From contig CAXBMO010000002.1 in the NCBI GenBank assembly GCA_963977015.1, positions 32,001 through 96,000 on the forward strand: a DNA stretch of 64,000 nucleotides, read 5' to 3'. Within the stretch, counting starts at the first letter, position 1. The number at the start of each line of letters is the position of its first letter. The DNA is from an uncultured bacterium (GTDB lineage Bacteria > Verrucomicrobiota > Verrucomicrobiia > Verrucomicrobiales > DEV007). The notes under the pieces were generated by a model. It was not told the DNA's origin. It did not search any database and worked only from the letters and a program-made list of their open reading frames with translations. Below are positions 40,010 through 49,470 of this stretch, one piece after another. Made by a program: the position numbers and the translations under genes.

Positions 40010-41431
40010 TCAGCCAAAAACCGGGCGATGAACGTGCCCCTCGTTCAAATCCACCCGTTCCGGGCGACCTTTGTGCATGTAAACGACCTCGGTGTGATCC
40101 AGCCCCATCAATCCCATGATGGTGGAATGGATGTCGTGGACGTGAAGCTTGTCTTCGACGGCAAACAGGCCCAATTCGTCGGTTGCGCCAATGGTTTGGC
40201 CACCTTTGACGCCACCACCAGCCATCCACATCGTGAACCCAGTCGGATTGTGATCGCGGCCATCGCCTTTTTCACTCATGGGAGTCCGGCCAAATTCACC
40301 GCCCCAAATCACGAGGGTCTCGTCGAGCAAGCCCCGACGCTTCAAATCGGTAATCAGGCCGACGATTGGCTGGTCGACATTGTTACAAAGTCGCGAGTGA
40401 TTTCTTTCCATGCCCGAATGGCTATCCCACTTGCTTCCGGCACCATGATACAGCTGGATGAAGCGCACTCCCCGCTCGACCAAGCGCCGCGCGAAAAGAC
40501 ATTGACGCCCGTAAACCTCGGTTTCCTTTTGATCCAAGCCATAGAGTTTCTGGATGTGCTCGGGTTCGGATTCGAGATCGACGGCTTCGGGAGCTTCCGT
40601 CTGCATCTTGAATGCCAATTCATAGCTTCGGATTCTCGCTTCCAGATCAGTATTGGACTCGCGCCCCTGATAATGATTCTGATTCAGCTGATCCAGCAAA
40701 TTCAGCTTTTTGGCCTGGCGCGACTGACTCACCCCAGCCGGGTTGTTGAGATTCGCGATAGGCTGATTCCCTGATTCCAACAATACGCCCTGGTGGATCG
40801 AAGGCATGAATCCCGAGCCCCAGCATCGCACGCCATTCACAACCATCGCGTTCGAGTCCTTCAACACGACAAATCCTGGCAAATTCTGATTTTCGGTGCC
40901 CAATCCGTAGGAAATCCAGGATCCCAGCGACGGACGCCCACCAAAAACTGAACCCGTGTTCATCTGGCAGACTCCACCGGCATGATTGATTCCGTCCGAA
41001 ACACAGGAGCGGATCACACAAAGCTCGTCCGCGATTTCCGAGTGCTTTGGCAGCCAGTCGGAGATCCACAATCCGCTCTCACCATGTTGCGCCCATTCCC
41101 TTTTTGAAGGGAGAAGCGGCGAATTTACCTCCCCCATTGCCGTCACCGGTTTCTCAAAGCTATCGGGAAGCTTCTGCCCCGCCAGTTTGTTCAGCAGCGG
41201 CTTTGGATCAAACAAGTCCAGATGACTCGGGCCTCCTTCCATAAACAGCCAGATAACCTGCTTGGCCTTGCCGAGCGCATGCGGAATTTTCTCCGCAACG
41301 GGGTTCGGAACCGTGTTGGCATGGAGCGGTTGTCCCAGCATTGCCGACAGGGCAACCGAGCCGAAACCAGCTCCCGCCTTGGCAAGAAATTCTCTTCGTG
41401 AATTGGGGTGATCGATGTTGTTACAAGCCAT
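40010..41431 (-). CDS. DUF1501 protein (Tat-exported)
   Basis: SRREFL Tat motif; AK.VIWLFMEGGPSHLDLFDPKP; ARRLVERGVRF; WDSH; GEFGRTP; GRDHNP. Confidence 0.93.
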   Translation of the reverse strand: MACNNIDHPNSRREFLAKAGAGFGSVALSAMLGQPLHANTVPNPVAEKIPHALGKAKQVIWLFMEGGPSHLDLFDPKPLLNKLAGQKLPDSFEKPVTAMGEVNSPLLPSKREWAQHGESGLWISDWLPKHSEIADELCVIRSCVSDGINHAGGVCQMNTGSVFGGRPSLGSWISYGLGTENQNLPGFVVLKDSNAMVVNGVRCWGSGFMPSIHQGVLLESGNQPIANLNNPAGVSQSRQAKKLNLLDQLNQNHYQGRESNTDLEARIRSYELAFKMQTEAPEAVDLESEPEHIQKLYGLDQKETEVYGRQCLFARRLVERGVRFIQLYHGAGSKWDSHSGMERNHSRLCNNVDQPIVGLITDLKRRGLLDETLVIWGGEFGRTPMSEKGDGRDHNPTGFTMWMAGGGVKGGQTIGATDELGLFAVEDKLHVHDIHSTIMGLMGLDHTEVVYMHKGRPERVDLNEGHVHRPVFG

Positions 41432-41443
41432 GAGAGATAGGGG

Positions 41444-44400
41444 TTAGTGCAGGTAAAGAAACTCGTTTGAATTAAGAAGCGCGTGGCAAAAGTCGGTCAT
41501 CGCGCCAAGGACCGCGGGAGAAAGATTACCGCTACGGCTTGGTGCCGACGGGGATCGGAACCACAAAGCCCCCGGGGCTGGCTGTTCGCCATTGGGAGTT
41601 GAGAAGTCAAAGTCAGCAAAGCGATCTTCAACCGAGCCCTGAAAGAGCAGGGCATCCGGAGGAAGAAGGCTGGAGGAAAAGGCCAAACGCGCGACCTGAC
41701 CATCCCACAAATGCCCACCGGTATTCCTGCCCCCGACCAAAATCGGACTACTGGGCGTCTGAATCTGCTCGGCAATGGAATGCGGAACTTCGCGAATTTG
41801 CATCTCCGCATTCGGGTCAGAGAGATCCTTCATGTAGAAGGTCACCGTCCCGCCCACGTTCCCCATGTCCTGCGCGGTTATGGCTGCCGCAACGTAAACC
41901 GGCTTGTTCAGCGGGAAACGCAATCCGGATGCAACCACTTCGTAATCCATTCCTCCAGCCACATTCTTCCCAATCAGTTGGAGGATGAGATTGCGCGGCT
42001 GATACTTGGATTTTGCACTGGTCACTCCAAGGGACCAGCCTGACGAAGAATGACTCCCATTCCATCGAGATACCAAGGTGTTGACACTCGCATCATCATA
42101 AATGCGATCCAGGTTGGCGATGGTTTCGACCGTAAACGTGTCGCTTTGAAGCTGGGTTTTCGCCAAGTGAAGCCTCTCGAATCGGCTTCCCGGTTGAATC
42201 CACAGGGCCTTTGAGCCGAGTTCAAGATCATCACCAAGATTGCTGAACACCTGTCGGATTGGCCGTTGCCCCGTTTCACCGGGATACTTGGCCGGTGGAG
42301 CAACGGGTTTGGTGCCGACTTCGCCGATTTGCGACTTCAAAAACGACACTCCCAGTTGCAGTTCCTCGTTGCTGGCCTCGCGACCATACACCGATCGAAA
42401 TACCTTCCTGACCTCCGCCTCACCCGGCGTGTTGGAACCGTTCAGAACCCGTTTCGCAAAGGCCTGTGCCCGCTTCATCGTCCATGCTCCGTTTACCAAG
42501 AGCAGACTCTGGGTTGGTGTCGTGGTTTGAGAGCGGTTGGGTGTGGAACCAAAGCCCATTGGCGCATCAAATCCATTGAGAACCTTGTCCGGCGAATTGC
42601 GCATCTTCTTCACGTAGATACTCCGAACTGGCGAATTCCCATCGGTGCCCGCTCCTCCCTCTCGATTCTTGAGCTCGCCGGAGATCGTCAGCATGGCATC
42701 GCGCACTTGTTCCGCGTCGAGTCGCCGGGGCGGAAAGCGCCACAAGAGCCGATTGGTTGGATCAACCAGGCTTTCCTCCTTGGTTGGCTCGTGGCGCGCC
42801 GTCTGGCGATAGGTCGCGCTCGTCATGATGGTGCGATGGAGTTCTTTGAATCTCCAGCCTTGATCCAGAAATCGGCTTGTCAGCCAATCCAGGAGTTCCG
42901 GATGGCTGGGTTCTTCGCCGAGAGTTCCAAAATCGTTGGGTGTCGGTACGATCCCGGTTCCAAAATGCCGTTGCCAGATTCGATTGACGATGACGCGGGT
43001 GGAAAGTGGATTGTTGGGACTCGCGATCCAATCCGCGAGCGCCTTCCTCCGTCCCGTCGTCGTATCGGTGGGCTCAATTTTCGGGGCGGGTTGCCCAAGA
43101 AGGGTCAGGAATGCGGGTTCCACTTCTTCCTTGCCCGACCGCTTCGCCAGATAGGTCTTGGCCGGTTCCGGTTTGATGTCGGTCGCGATAAATCCGTTGG
43201 GAAATTCCTTGGGTTTGAGATGATCAAACTTCGCCAACTCGGCTTTGAGCTTCTCGTATTGTTCCAGCCGGTCTTCCTTCTTTTTGAATTCGGATTCCCA
43301 TTTGATTCGATTCCAATTGTGATCAACCTGGCGCTGAACCAGCTGAGCCAACTGCTCTTCATAAGCCGTTCGCTCATTGGATGGCTTGTAGTAAATTTTC
43401 TGAATATCCTCCGGAAATTGCTTCACGGTGAAGCTGAGACTGCCGTCCAGTTTGTTTTGTTGCAGCGCTTTAATTTCCTTGCGAATCTCAGCCGTTGCCG
43501 CTTCCCATTTTTCGTTCTGCCGATCATACTCCGCCTTCTCTTCCGCTCCTGCCAGGGGACTGTTTTCCGGCCACCAGGTGGTATTGAGGAATGCCTGTAG
43601 GGCAAAGTGATCCTTCTGCAGAATCGGATCAAACTTGTGGTCGTGACATTGCGCACAGCCGATGCCAATTCCCAGGAATGCCTCGGCGGTCACATTCGTC
43701 ATTTCCGTCATGATGATGTCCCATTGCATTCTCGCATTGCGCTGGTTCCACTCGTAAATTCCCAAGCGCAAAAACGCGGTCGCAATCAACCGGTCCGGAT
43801 CATGAGGGGCAAACTCATCAGCAGCGAGCTGGTCACGAACGAATTCGTCATAGGGTTTATCCTCGTTCAACGAGCGAATCACGTAGTCGCGATACTTCCA
43901 CGTGCCTGAACGGTAACCATCCGCCCGATAGCCATCGCTTTCCGCAAAGCGAACCACGTCCAACCAATGCTGCGCCCAACGTTCACCGTATCGAGGGCTT
44001 GCCAACAACTCGTCAATCAACCGCTCAAACGCATCCGTACGTTCATCATTGATGAATGCAGCCACCTGCTCCGGTGTGGGCGGCAAACCGTGAAGATCAA
44101 AATACGCCCGCCTCACCAGCTCCGCACGATCGGCTTCAACCGCAGGTTCAAGCTTCGCGTCCGCCAATCTGCGGGCCACAAACCGATCAATCTCATTCCG
44201 CGCCCATCCATCTCCGCCTTCCGGCACGTCCGGGTCTTGAACCGGCTGAATCGCCCACCATTCGCGATCTTCTGCCGTAAAACCGTGCTGATCCGTCGCT
44301 TCCGCAACTTCGGCTTGCGGATCATCCGGCCAGTACGCGCCTTCTGAAACCCACTTTTCCAAGACCGCTACCTGCTCGGACGTCAGAGCCTTCTTCGGTG

Positions 44401-44689
44401 GCATCTCAAAATCGGGATCTTCCCGGCGAATTGCTTCAATCAACAGGGATTCGTCCGGCCGATGCGGAACGATCGCGGGTCCCGCGTCTCCCCCTTTTAA
44501 AATCCAACTCAGATGATCGAGGCGGAGATTGCCTTTCTGCTTTTCGGCGGAATGACAATCGAAACAGGTTTCCGCAAGCAGAGGACGAACCTCCGTTTCA
44601 AAAAATTTCAGGGCATCCCGGTCGGATGCTGCAGAAGCAGTCAGGCTTCCGCCCAGTGAAAGGCAGGCTAGGTAGAGTCGCAGATTCAT
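41444..44689 (-). CDS. Planctomycete cytochrome c + DUF1549/DUF1553 + C-terminal LamG-like protein
   Basis: CFDCH, WW...[38 protein letters not shown] and DFCHALLNSNEFLY motifs. Confidence 0.93.
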   Translation of the reverse strand: MNLRLYLACLSLGGSLTASAASDRDALKFFETEVRPLLAETCFDCHSAEKQKGNLRLDHLSWILKGGDAGPAIVPHRPDESLLIEAIRREDPDFEMPPKKALTSEQVAVLEKWVSEGAYWPDDPQAEVAEATDQHGFTAEDREWWAIQPVQDPDVPEGGDGWARNEIDRFVARRLADAKLEPAVEADRAELVRRAYFDLHGLPPTPEQVAAFINDERTDAFERLIDELLASPRYGERWAQHWLDVVRFAESDGYRADGYRSGTWKYRDYVIRSLNEDKPYDEFVRDQLAADEFAPHDPDRLIATAFLRLGIYEWNQRNARMQWDIIMTEMTNVTAEAFLGIGIGCAQCHDHKFDPILQKDHFALQAFLNTTWWPENSPLAGAEEKAEYDRQNEKWEAATAEIRKEIKALQQNKLDGSLSFTVKQFPEDIQKIYYKPSNERTAYEEQLAQLVQRQVDHNWNRIKWESEFKKKEDRLEQYEKLKAELAKFDHLKPKEFPNGFIATDIKPEPAKTYLAKRSGKEEVEPAFLTLLGQPAPKIEPTDTTTGRRKALADWIASPNNPLSTRVIVNRIWQRHFGTGIVPTPNDFGTLGEEPSHPELLDWLTSRFLDQGWRFKELHRTIMTSATYRQTARHEPTKEESLVDPTNRLLWRFPPRRLDAEQVRDAMLTISGELKNREGGAGTDGNSPVRSIYVKKMRNSPDKVLNGFDAPMGFGSTPNRSQTTTPTQSLLLVNGAWTMKRAQAFAKRVLNGSNTPGEAEVRKVFRSVYGREASNEELQLGVSFLKSQIGEVGTKPVAPPAKYPGETGQRPIRQVFSNLGDDLELGSKALWIQPGSRFERLHLAKTQLQSDTFTVETIANLDRIYDDASVNTLVSRWNGSHSSSGWSLGVTSAKSKYQPRNLILQLIGKNVAGGMDYEVVASGLRFPLNKPVYVAAAITAQDMGNVGGTVTFYMKDLSDPNAEMQIREVPHSIAEQIQTPSSPILVGGRNTGGHLWDGQVARLAFSSSLLPPDALLFQGSVEDRFADFDFSTPNGEQPAPGALWFRSPSAPSRSGNLSPAVLGAMTDFCHALLNSNEFLYLH

Positions 44690-46050
44690 GGGGTTTTTAA
44701 TCTTAAAGTCGGAGGTCTGGCATTCGGATGCTCTTTGGAGGCAAAAGCATGAACAAGCCCTTGGCGATCATTTTCACCGGTTTCCCGAATGATGACCAAG
44801 CTTGCCATCCGATTTTTGTCTTTTTGAAGAAACTGAGCAAGTTCGGGAGAAGAAACGGTGAGTAATTTCGGAGAAGCGCCCCTTCGAATCGTGAATTCCG
44901 CCAACCTCTCCACGGTTGCCGAAGCAGACTCAAAGTCGGAGGTCCGCACCGGAGCATTTTCCCAGCTCAATTCCGCTTCGTCCCAGGAATCGAGATCGTC
45001 GTTCGCGATTCCATAAACCGCGAAGGTCGAATCAGGAATCAACGCAGAAAACCCCAATCCGCTGGCTTCGACATCGAGCACCAATTCCGCTTGGCTGATC
45101 GGCTTTGAGATCCCCTCCAGGTCAAAAGCCAGAAACGTGCGCCGCTCATTCCCCGCCTCCAATTCCGTGTGCTTCACCATGAGGAGCGGATGAGCGCCAA
45201 ACGATTGCCCATAGGTTCGTCTGACAAAACTGTCTTTTCCGCGGCCAAACGACGTCGGGACCGCCAGCCAATCGCCATCGAAATCCATTTGAACATGCTC
45301 TCGTGTGATTTCCTGATCAGGCAACGGCGGATTGGAACCGTGATGAAGGGACTTCCCTTTCGTTAGGAGAGTGACTTTCTCATCGGGTTTCCCGACTTCG
45401 ACCTCCCCTTCAAAGACGATGACATGGGAATCCCCAAAGGCGCTCGCCGTCACTCCAAATTTCGTTCCCAGATCCACCACTTCCAACGCCGAAGTGTCGA
45501 TCGTGAATCCATGAGCCGGTTCCGGGACATCGGCAACGAGCGACCCTTCGAGAAGCCGACACCGCATTTTCGACAAAATTTCCAACGTCGTCGGAGCCTC
45601 CATCGTCACCGTGGCGCCACTCGCAAACGCCACCGTCGCCATTCCCTCCACCAATGCCAGTTTGCCCGGTTTAAGCGCGGCGCCCTCCGTCGTAGGGAGT
45701 TCGGACCCCGCCCAACGGCATCCCTCAGCCTCAATCAGAGTCGCCACGGGCCGATCATGCTTCCGCTGAAAACCAAAAACCATCCCGAACAACCCCAGAA
45801 CCAGTCCCGCAGCGATAGCCCACCCACTTCGGTTCCAATTTGAAAAGGCCGGGTTGGCCGACAGCTCAGGCTGTTCCAATAATTCAGGAAGAAGGTCCGC
45901 CTCGGCCCGGAGTTGCCCGTGCATCCAGATTCGATCAACGTAAGTCTTCCGCAGATCCTCATCCGCAAGGATGTCAGCCTGAAACTGGCTCCATTCCTCC
46001 TCACTGAGAAGTCCTTCAACCGCTTTGTCGATTCGTTCGTCGCTATTCAT
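44686..46050 (-). CDS. FecR-like anti-sigma factor with C-terminal DNRLRE/CBM96-like domain
   Basis: N-terminal anti-sigma helices and a TM; F.SGA.V..EAP, GF.I.T....VVDLGT.FGV and V.VFEGEV; C-terminal DSFVR...R...L.FDL...W.E..L.W.NAP...SKE....P.L. Confidence 0.85.
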   Translation of the reverse strand: MNSDERIDKAVEGLLSEEEWSQFQADILADEDLRKTYVDRIWMHGQLRAEADLLPELLEQPELSANPAFSNWNRSGWAIAAGLVLGLFGMVFGFQRKHDRPVATLIEAEGCRWAGSELPTTEGAALKPGKLALVEGMATVAFASGATVTMEAPTTLEILSKMRCRLLEGSLVADVPEPAHGFTIDTSALEVVDLGTKFGVTASAFGDSHVIVFEGEVEVGKPDEKVTLLTKGKSLHHGSNPPLPDQEITREHVQMDFDGDWLAVPTSFGRGKDSFVRRTYGQSFGAHPLLMVKHTELEAGNERRTFLAFDLEGISKPISQAELVLDVEASGLGFSALIPDSTFAVYGIANDDLDSWDEAELSWENAPVRTSDFESASATVERLAEFTIRRGASPKLLTVSSPELAQFLQKDKNRMASLVIIRETGENDRQGLVHAFASKEHPNARPPTLRLKTP

Positions 46051-46598
46051 GCCGGGTTTGAAGCAAGGGTTCGGTCAATGCATTCGCTCAAATTCTGGCG
46101 AATCCGGCTCAACATGCGGTAAGTCGCCCCCTCACTCCGGTTCGACTTCTCGGCAATCTCTGCGATCTCCGCATCCTCAAAATAACGCCAGACGATGGCC
46201 TGCCGTTGAACCAACGGCAGCTTTCTCAAACAACTCTGCAGCGCTTCCGTCCTCGATTCCAGGTCATCCGATCGTCTCTCGATTTCCGTGGCGATTGCCT
46301 CGATGAATTCCCGGTTGACGATCGAATTCGACCGCCGCTTCTCAAAGCGTCGATAGTTCAGGATTTGGTGGAGGGCGATCTTCCGCGCCCAGGCCAGAAA
46401 ATTGGTCCCGGCCTGAAACTTCCCGAACTGTTTCCACATGACGAGTTTGCACTCCTGCAGAATATCCTCAGCGTCAGCCCGCCGATTGACCAAGCTATAA
46501 ACATAGGCGGAAAGCGACGACTCGGTCTTGGCGAGCAACTTCAAGTAGCTCTCGACGGCGTCATCGGTCAGGGCTTCCACTGGCTGGGGTTCTTCCAT
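46047..46598 (-). CDS. ECF sigma-70 factor (Rhodopirellula/Verrucomicrobium type)
   Basis: L.AYV.SLV....DAEDILQE....MW..F..F..GTNFLAWA..IA, and L.RIR..L..CI. Start at ATG 46598 or TTG 46607. Confidence 0.92.
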   Translation of the reverse strand: MEEPQPVEALTDDAVESYLKLLAKTESSLSAYVYSLVNRRADAEDILQECKLVMWKQFGKFQAGTNFLAWARKIALHQILNYRRFEKRRSNSIVNREFIEAIATEIERRSDDLESRTEALQSCLRKLPLVQRQAIVWRYFEDAEIAEIAEKSNRSEGATYRMLSRIRQNLSECIDRTLASNPA

Positions 46599-46638
46599 TC
46601 TCGCCAAGGGTAGGTCTCGTCACTCAAATTTTGGACAC

Positions 46639-46666
46639 AAAAAAAGCGCTTTCTGGAAAAAGCGCT
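46639..46666 (-). terminator. Intrinsic terminator of the OMP gene
   Basis: AGCGCTTT-ctggaa-AAAGCGCT hairpin with an A-run on its left, which is a U-run on the minus strand. Confidence 0.7.
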
Positions 46667-46712
46667 CTCACAAAGAGGAAAAACGGGACTGATGCCCTAC
46701 CGAAATTTGGCT

Positions 46713-47228
46713 CTAAAAAGGAATTCGAACTCCGAGACGGGCAATGGTGAAGTTGTTGTCTCCTTCAACCCAGTTGTAAACGCCATCAGCGAAGACGCCC
46801 ATGTTGCCGAGATTTTGAAACCGGATATCCAATCCCCCACCCAGTCGGTAGAGTCCATCGGTCGTTCCGCCGGAAATTAATCCTCCACCCATTAAAACGT
46901 AGGGGGAAATGCAGTTTGCGGGAGCGCGGAGCGCCAAATCCGCAGTAACGGCGTGAACTTCACTGCTGTAAGGGAAAACCGCGTAACTCATGTCCACCCC
47001 GATGTTCTCGGTAAAGTAGTAGGCCATGCTGATTCCTCCACCCAGTTCATCCCCAGCAGAACCGTTTGGCAATGCCCCCGCCGCATAAGCGCCAAATTCA
47101 AAACCTGGAGCGAACGATTCGGGGTCCTGAGGTGCCGTTGTGATTGCCTCTTTGCTCACAACATCACCGGCAAACGCCTGGACGGCGAAGATGGTAAAGA
47201 GAGTGAGCGTGGCAAAAACCTTAGACAT
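46713..47228 (-). CDS. Small outer-membrane beta-barrel protein (OmpA-TM/OmpW-like)
   Basis: Signal peptide; alternating beta strands (YYFTENIGVD, SPY..GGG, GGG.D.RF); terminal Phe (RLGVRIPF). Confidence 0.85.
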   Translation of the reverse strand: MSKVFATLTLFTIFAVQAFAGDVVSKEAITTAPQDPESFAPGFEFGAYAAGALPNGSAGDELGGGISMAYYFTENIGVDMSYAVFPYSSEVHAVTADLALRAPANCISPYVLMGGGLISGGTTDGLYRLGGGLDIRFQNLGNMGVFADGVYNWVEGDNNFTIARLGVRIPF

Positions 47229-47301
47229 TCGTGGGTAAGTTGTAGGGTGAGACGTTCAAACGTCAAGGGAAATTGAGCAAACTACGCCCTACAAATCACG
47301 A

Positions 47302-48186
47302 CTATTTCAGCCGCTCTAATTCCTCACCCATTTCCTCCAGTTTCCTCCTGAGCTTGTTGATCCGCGTTTCCCGGGCCGCGGCAGCCGCAACATCCTCATC
47401 CTCATGGGTTAACAGTTCGTGAAGACTCCGGTCCGCGATTTCCCGCTGCGCTTCGTCCATCCCATTGATAATCACGCCGATCACCAAATTCAGCATCACC
47501 ATCGTCCCGATCAAAACAAAACTGACGAAGTAGGCAGCCCCAACCAGGGGCATCGCCTGCGAAACCCGCCCGGGCGCATCCTGATTGTAGCCTTGATAGT
47601 TGTCCGAGCCATAAATCTGCAAATACATGACGTCCGTCCAATCCTCGAGCGTCACGATTCGAAACAACGAAAGCAAGGACAGCCACAAATTCCCAAAGTG
47701 GATCGGATCATTTTCTCGAAACAGCATCACGCCGACCACGGCGTAAATGTAGAATAGGAGCAGCAGCAGCAAACTGACGTATCCCATCGACGGCAAGCTC
47801 TTGAGCATCGCCGTCACCAGGAGTTGAAGCCGCGGAACCGCAGTCACCAAGCGCAGAACCCGCAGCAACCGAAACAATCGCAGGACCGCCACATAGCTTC
47901 CGCCGAACGGGAGAAAGCAGACGGCCACGATGACAAAGTCGAACACATTCCAGCCGTCTTTGAAGAAATCGAGCGGCCGGGGCTGCAACGCAATCATCTT
48001 GAGCACAATCTCAACCGTGAAAATCGCCAGAACCACCGCATCGAGAGCCCCGATAATGTTCCCAAACCGTTCAACCAGAGCGGGATAAGTCGTCAACCCG
48101 ACAAGAAATCCAGCAAGGACAATAACTCCAATGATGAAGGATTTGAAAGACGAGGACTCAACGATTCGCGCCGACCATTTTTGCAT
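47302..48186 (-). CDS. Prokaryotic voltage-gated Na+/Ca2+ channel (BacNav-like)
   Basis: S2 [17 protein letters not shown]4 [13 protein letters not shown], filter TLEDWTD, S6 LNL.IGVI and a C-terminal coiled coil. Start at 48186 or 48237. Confidence 0.93.
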   Translation of the reverse strand: MQKWSARIVESSSFKSFIIGVIVLAGFLVGLTTYPALVERFGNIIGALDAVVLAIFTVEIVLKMIALQPRPLDFFKDGWNVFDFVIVAVCFLPFGGSYVAVLRLFRLLRVLRLVTAVPRLQLLVTAMLKSLPSMGYVSLLLLLLFYIYAVVGVMLFRENDPIHFGNLWLSLLSLFRIVTLEDWTDVMYLQIYGSDNYQGYNQDAPGRVSQAMPLVGAAYFVSFVLIGTMVMLNLVIGVIINGMDEAQREIADRSLHELLTHEDEDVAAAAARETRINKLRRKLEEMGEELERLK

Positions 48187-48296
48187 AACCGAAGCTGCTA
48201 GAACAGGAGCCAAGAATTTGCCACTGATTTTCACCATGCAGAAATCGTTTGCAAACCGTCATCAAACAGCGGATAGAGAGCCCCGGAATGATTTAA

Positions 48297-48370
<74 letters not shown>

Positions 48371-48380
48371 CTCCTCCTTT

Positions 48381-48424
48381 AAGCGCTCAAATTGCATTTA
48401 GAATGCGGTTTGAGCGCTTTTTTT
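48381..48424 (+). terminator. Long hairpin terminator downstream of the tRNA
   Basis: AAGCGCTCAAATTGCATT-tag-AATGCGGTTTGAGCGCTT followed by a T-run. Confidence 0.8.
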
Positions 48425-48571
48425 GTTTGGGGGTTTTGGGTGGGGTTTGGATTTATAATTTCCAAAACGAACCTACATTTCCAAAATTATCGGGAACCGA
48501 TATTCTTGTAGAATGCCACAAACTGACACAAGATTGTGGCAGTTTATTGACACATTTGGCCATTTCCTAAT

Positions 48572-48850
48572 AAGCGCCCAAAAGTGATAGCCGCATTAAT
48601 TGGGAAGATGACGAATTTTGACTGCCGTTGACAGGCGGGCCAGTTTGCCGCTGGAGGTGTCTATTGACGGTTAGATTCAATTTGGCCGAAAAATGCAATC
48701 CGGCATACGTTCGCATCGATCTATTTTACGAAATGGTCAGCCAGTGACGGGGCTCAGCAATGGCATAGACGCTTTTTGACCATTACTGGAGCGTGATCAA
48801 GCCGCAGATGGAGTCGGAGTTTTTGAATCTAAACCTTTCGCGGTTTGGCT
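48572..48850 (+). pseudogene. Tyrosine recombinase/integrase relic (C-terminal catalytic fragments, frameshifted)
   Basis: Manual translation gives RPKVI../RINWED* (~48574-48620), WPKNAIRHTFASIY (48683-48724; box II, x-x-L/I-R-H) and, in a shifted frame, TLFDHYWSVI..EFL (from 48769; catalytic Tyr region). Confidence 0.7.
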
Positions 48851-48853
48851 ATT

Positions 48854-49114
48854 TTATAAATCGGTCGCAGGCTCTTCGTTGATTCGCGAATCTAGAAGCT
48901 CAGACTGCAGTCGAAGATCTTCGGTCGAGCCACCGGCACGGTTGAGTTGCTCCGCAACGTGCTCGCGGTAGATTCGGTCGAGTTGGAGGAGGTAACTGTG
49001 GACGGCCTCCGCAATGAGGGATGCGGGGGCGGTGCCTCCCTTTAAGATGGAGAGGCGGTCGAGAGCTGCTTCCTGCTCGGGGCTCACACGGATCATTTTC
49101 GGTTTAGAAGCCAT
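48854..49114 (-). CDS. Ribbon-helix-helix (CopG/Arc-like) DNA-binding protein
   Basis: KPKMIRVS (beta strand), PEQEAALDRLS (helix), G, PASLIAEAVHSYL (helix). Confidence 0.65.
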   Translation of the reverse strand: MASKPKMIRVSPEQEAALDRLSILKGGTAPASLIAEAVHSYLLQLDRIYREHVAEQLNRAGGSTEDLRLQSELLDSRINEEPATDL

Positions 49115-49470
49115 AGCTAAAAGTTAATGTTAGGCAGGTTTCCCCGGCATGGTAATCCAAAAACAAAAATTTTGGCCTTTTTTGATATTGACAGTTGCTA
49201 ATAACTTCTCGTGAGGAGTTTTCAGCAACTGTAGAACGAATTGCGAATCCCACAGAAGCAACAAACTGCCTACATTGACCATTTTGATGAGAAGGTCGGG
49301 AACGCCGGATGGAGTGATCCACATCGCTGTAAACATGGATCGCGACCTATCGACTCAGCGGCACATGACGGCTTTCAACTCCTCACCGTCCATATGCCAG
49401 GTCGTCCCAAGCACCTCTCGATTTCAGGAAAAGACTTTGGGCGGATTGGAACCCGTGCCAGACTTTTGCC

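Noticed and set aside
39845..43600. 309-aa and 444-aa + strand ORFs
   Set aside because: Antisense to the well-supported DUF1501 and DUF1549 genes.
49130..49336. Minus-strand 68-aa ORF containing GVPDLLI (VRR-NUC-like)
   Set aside because: No downstream E.K motif; too short a match to call, though it could be further islet debris.
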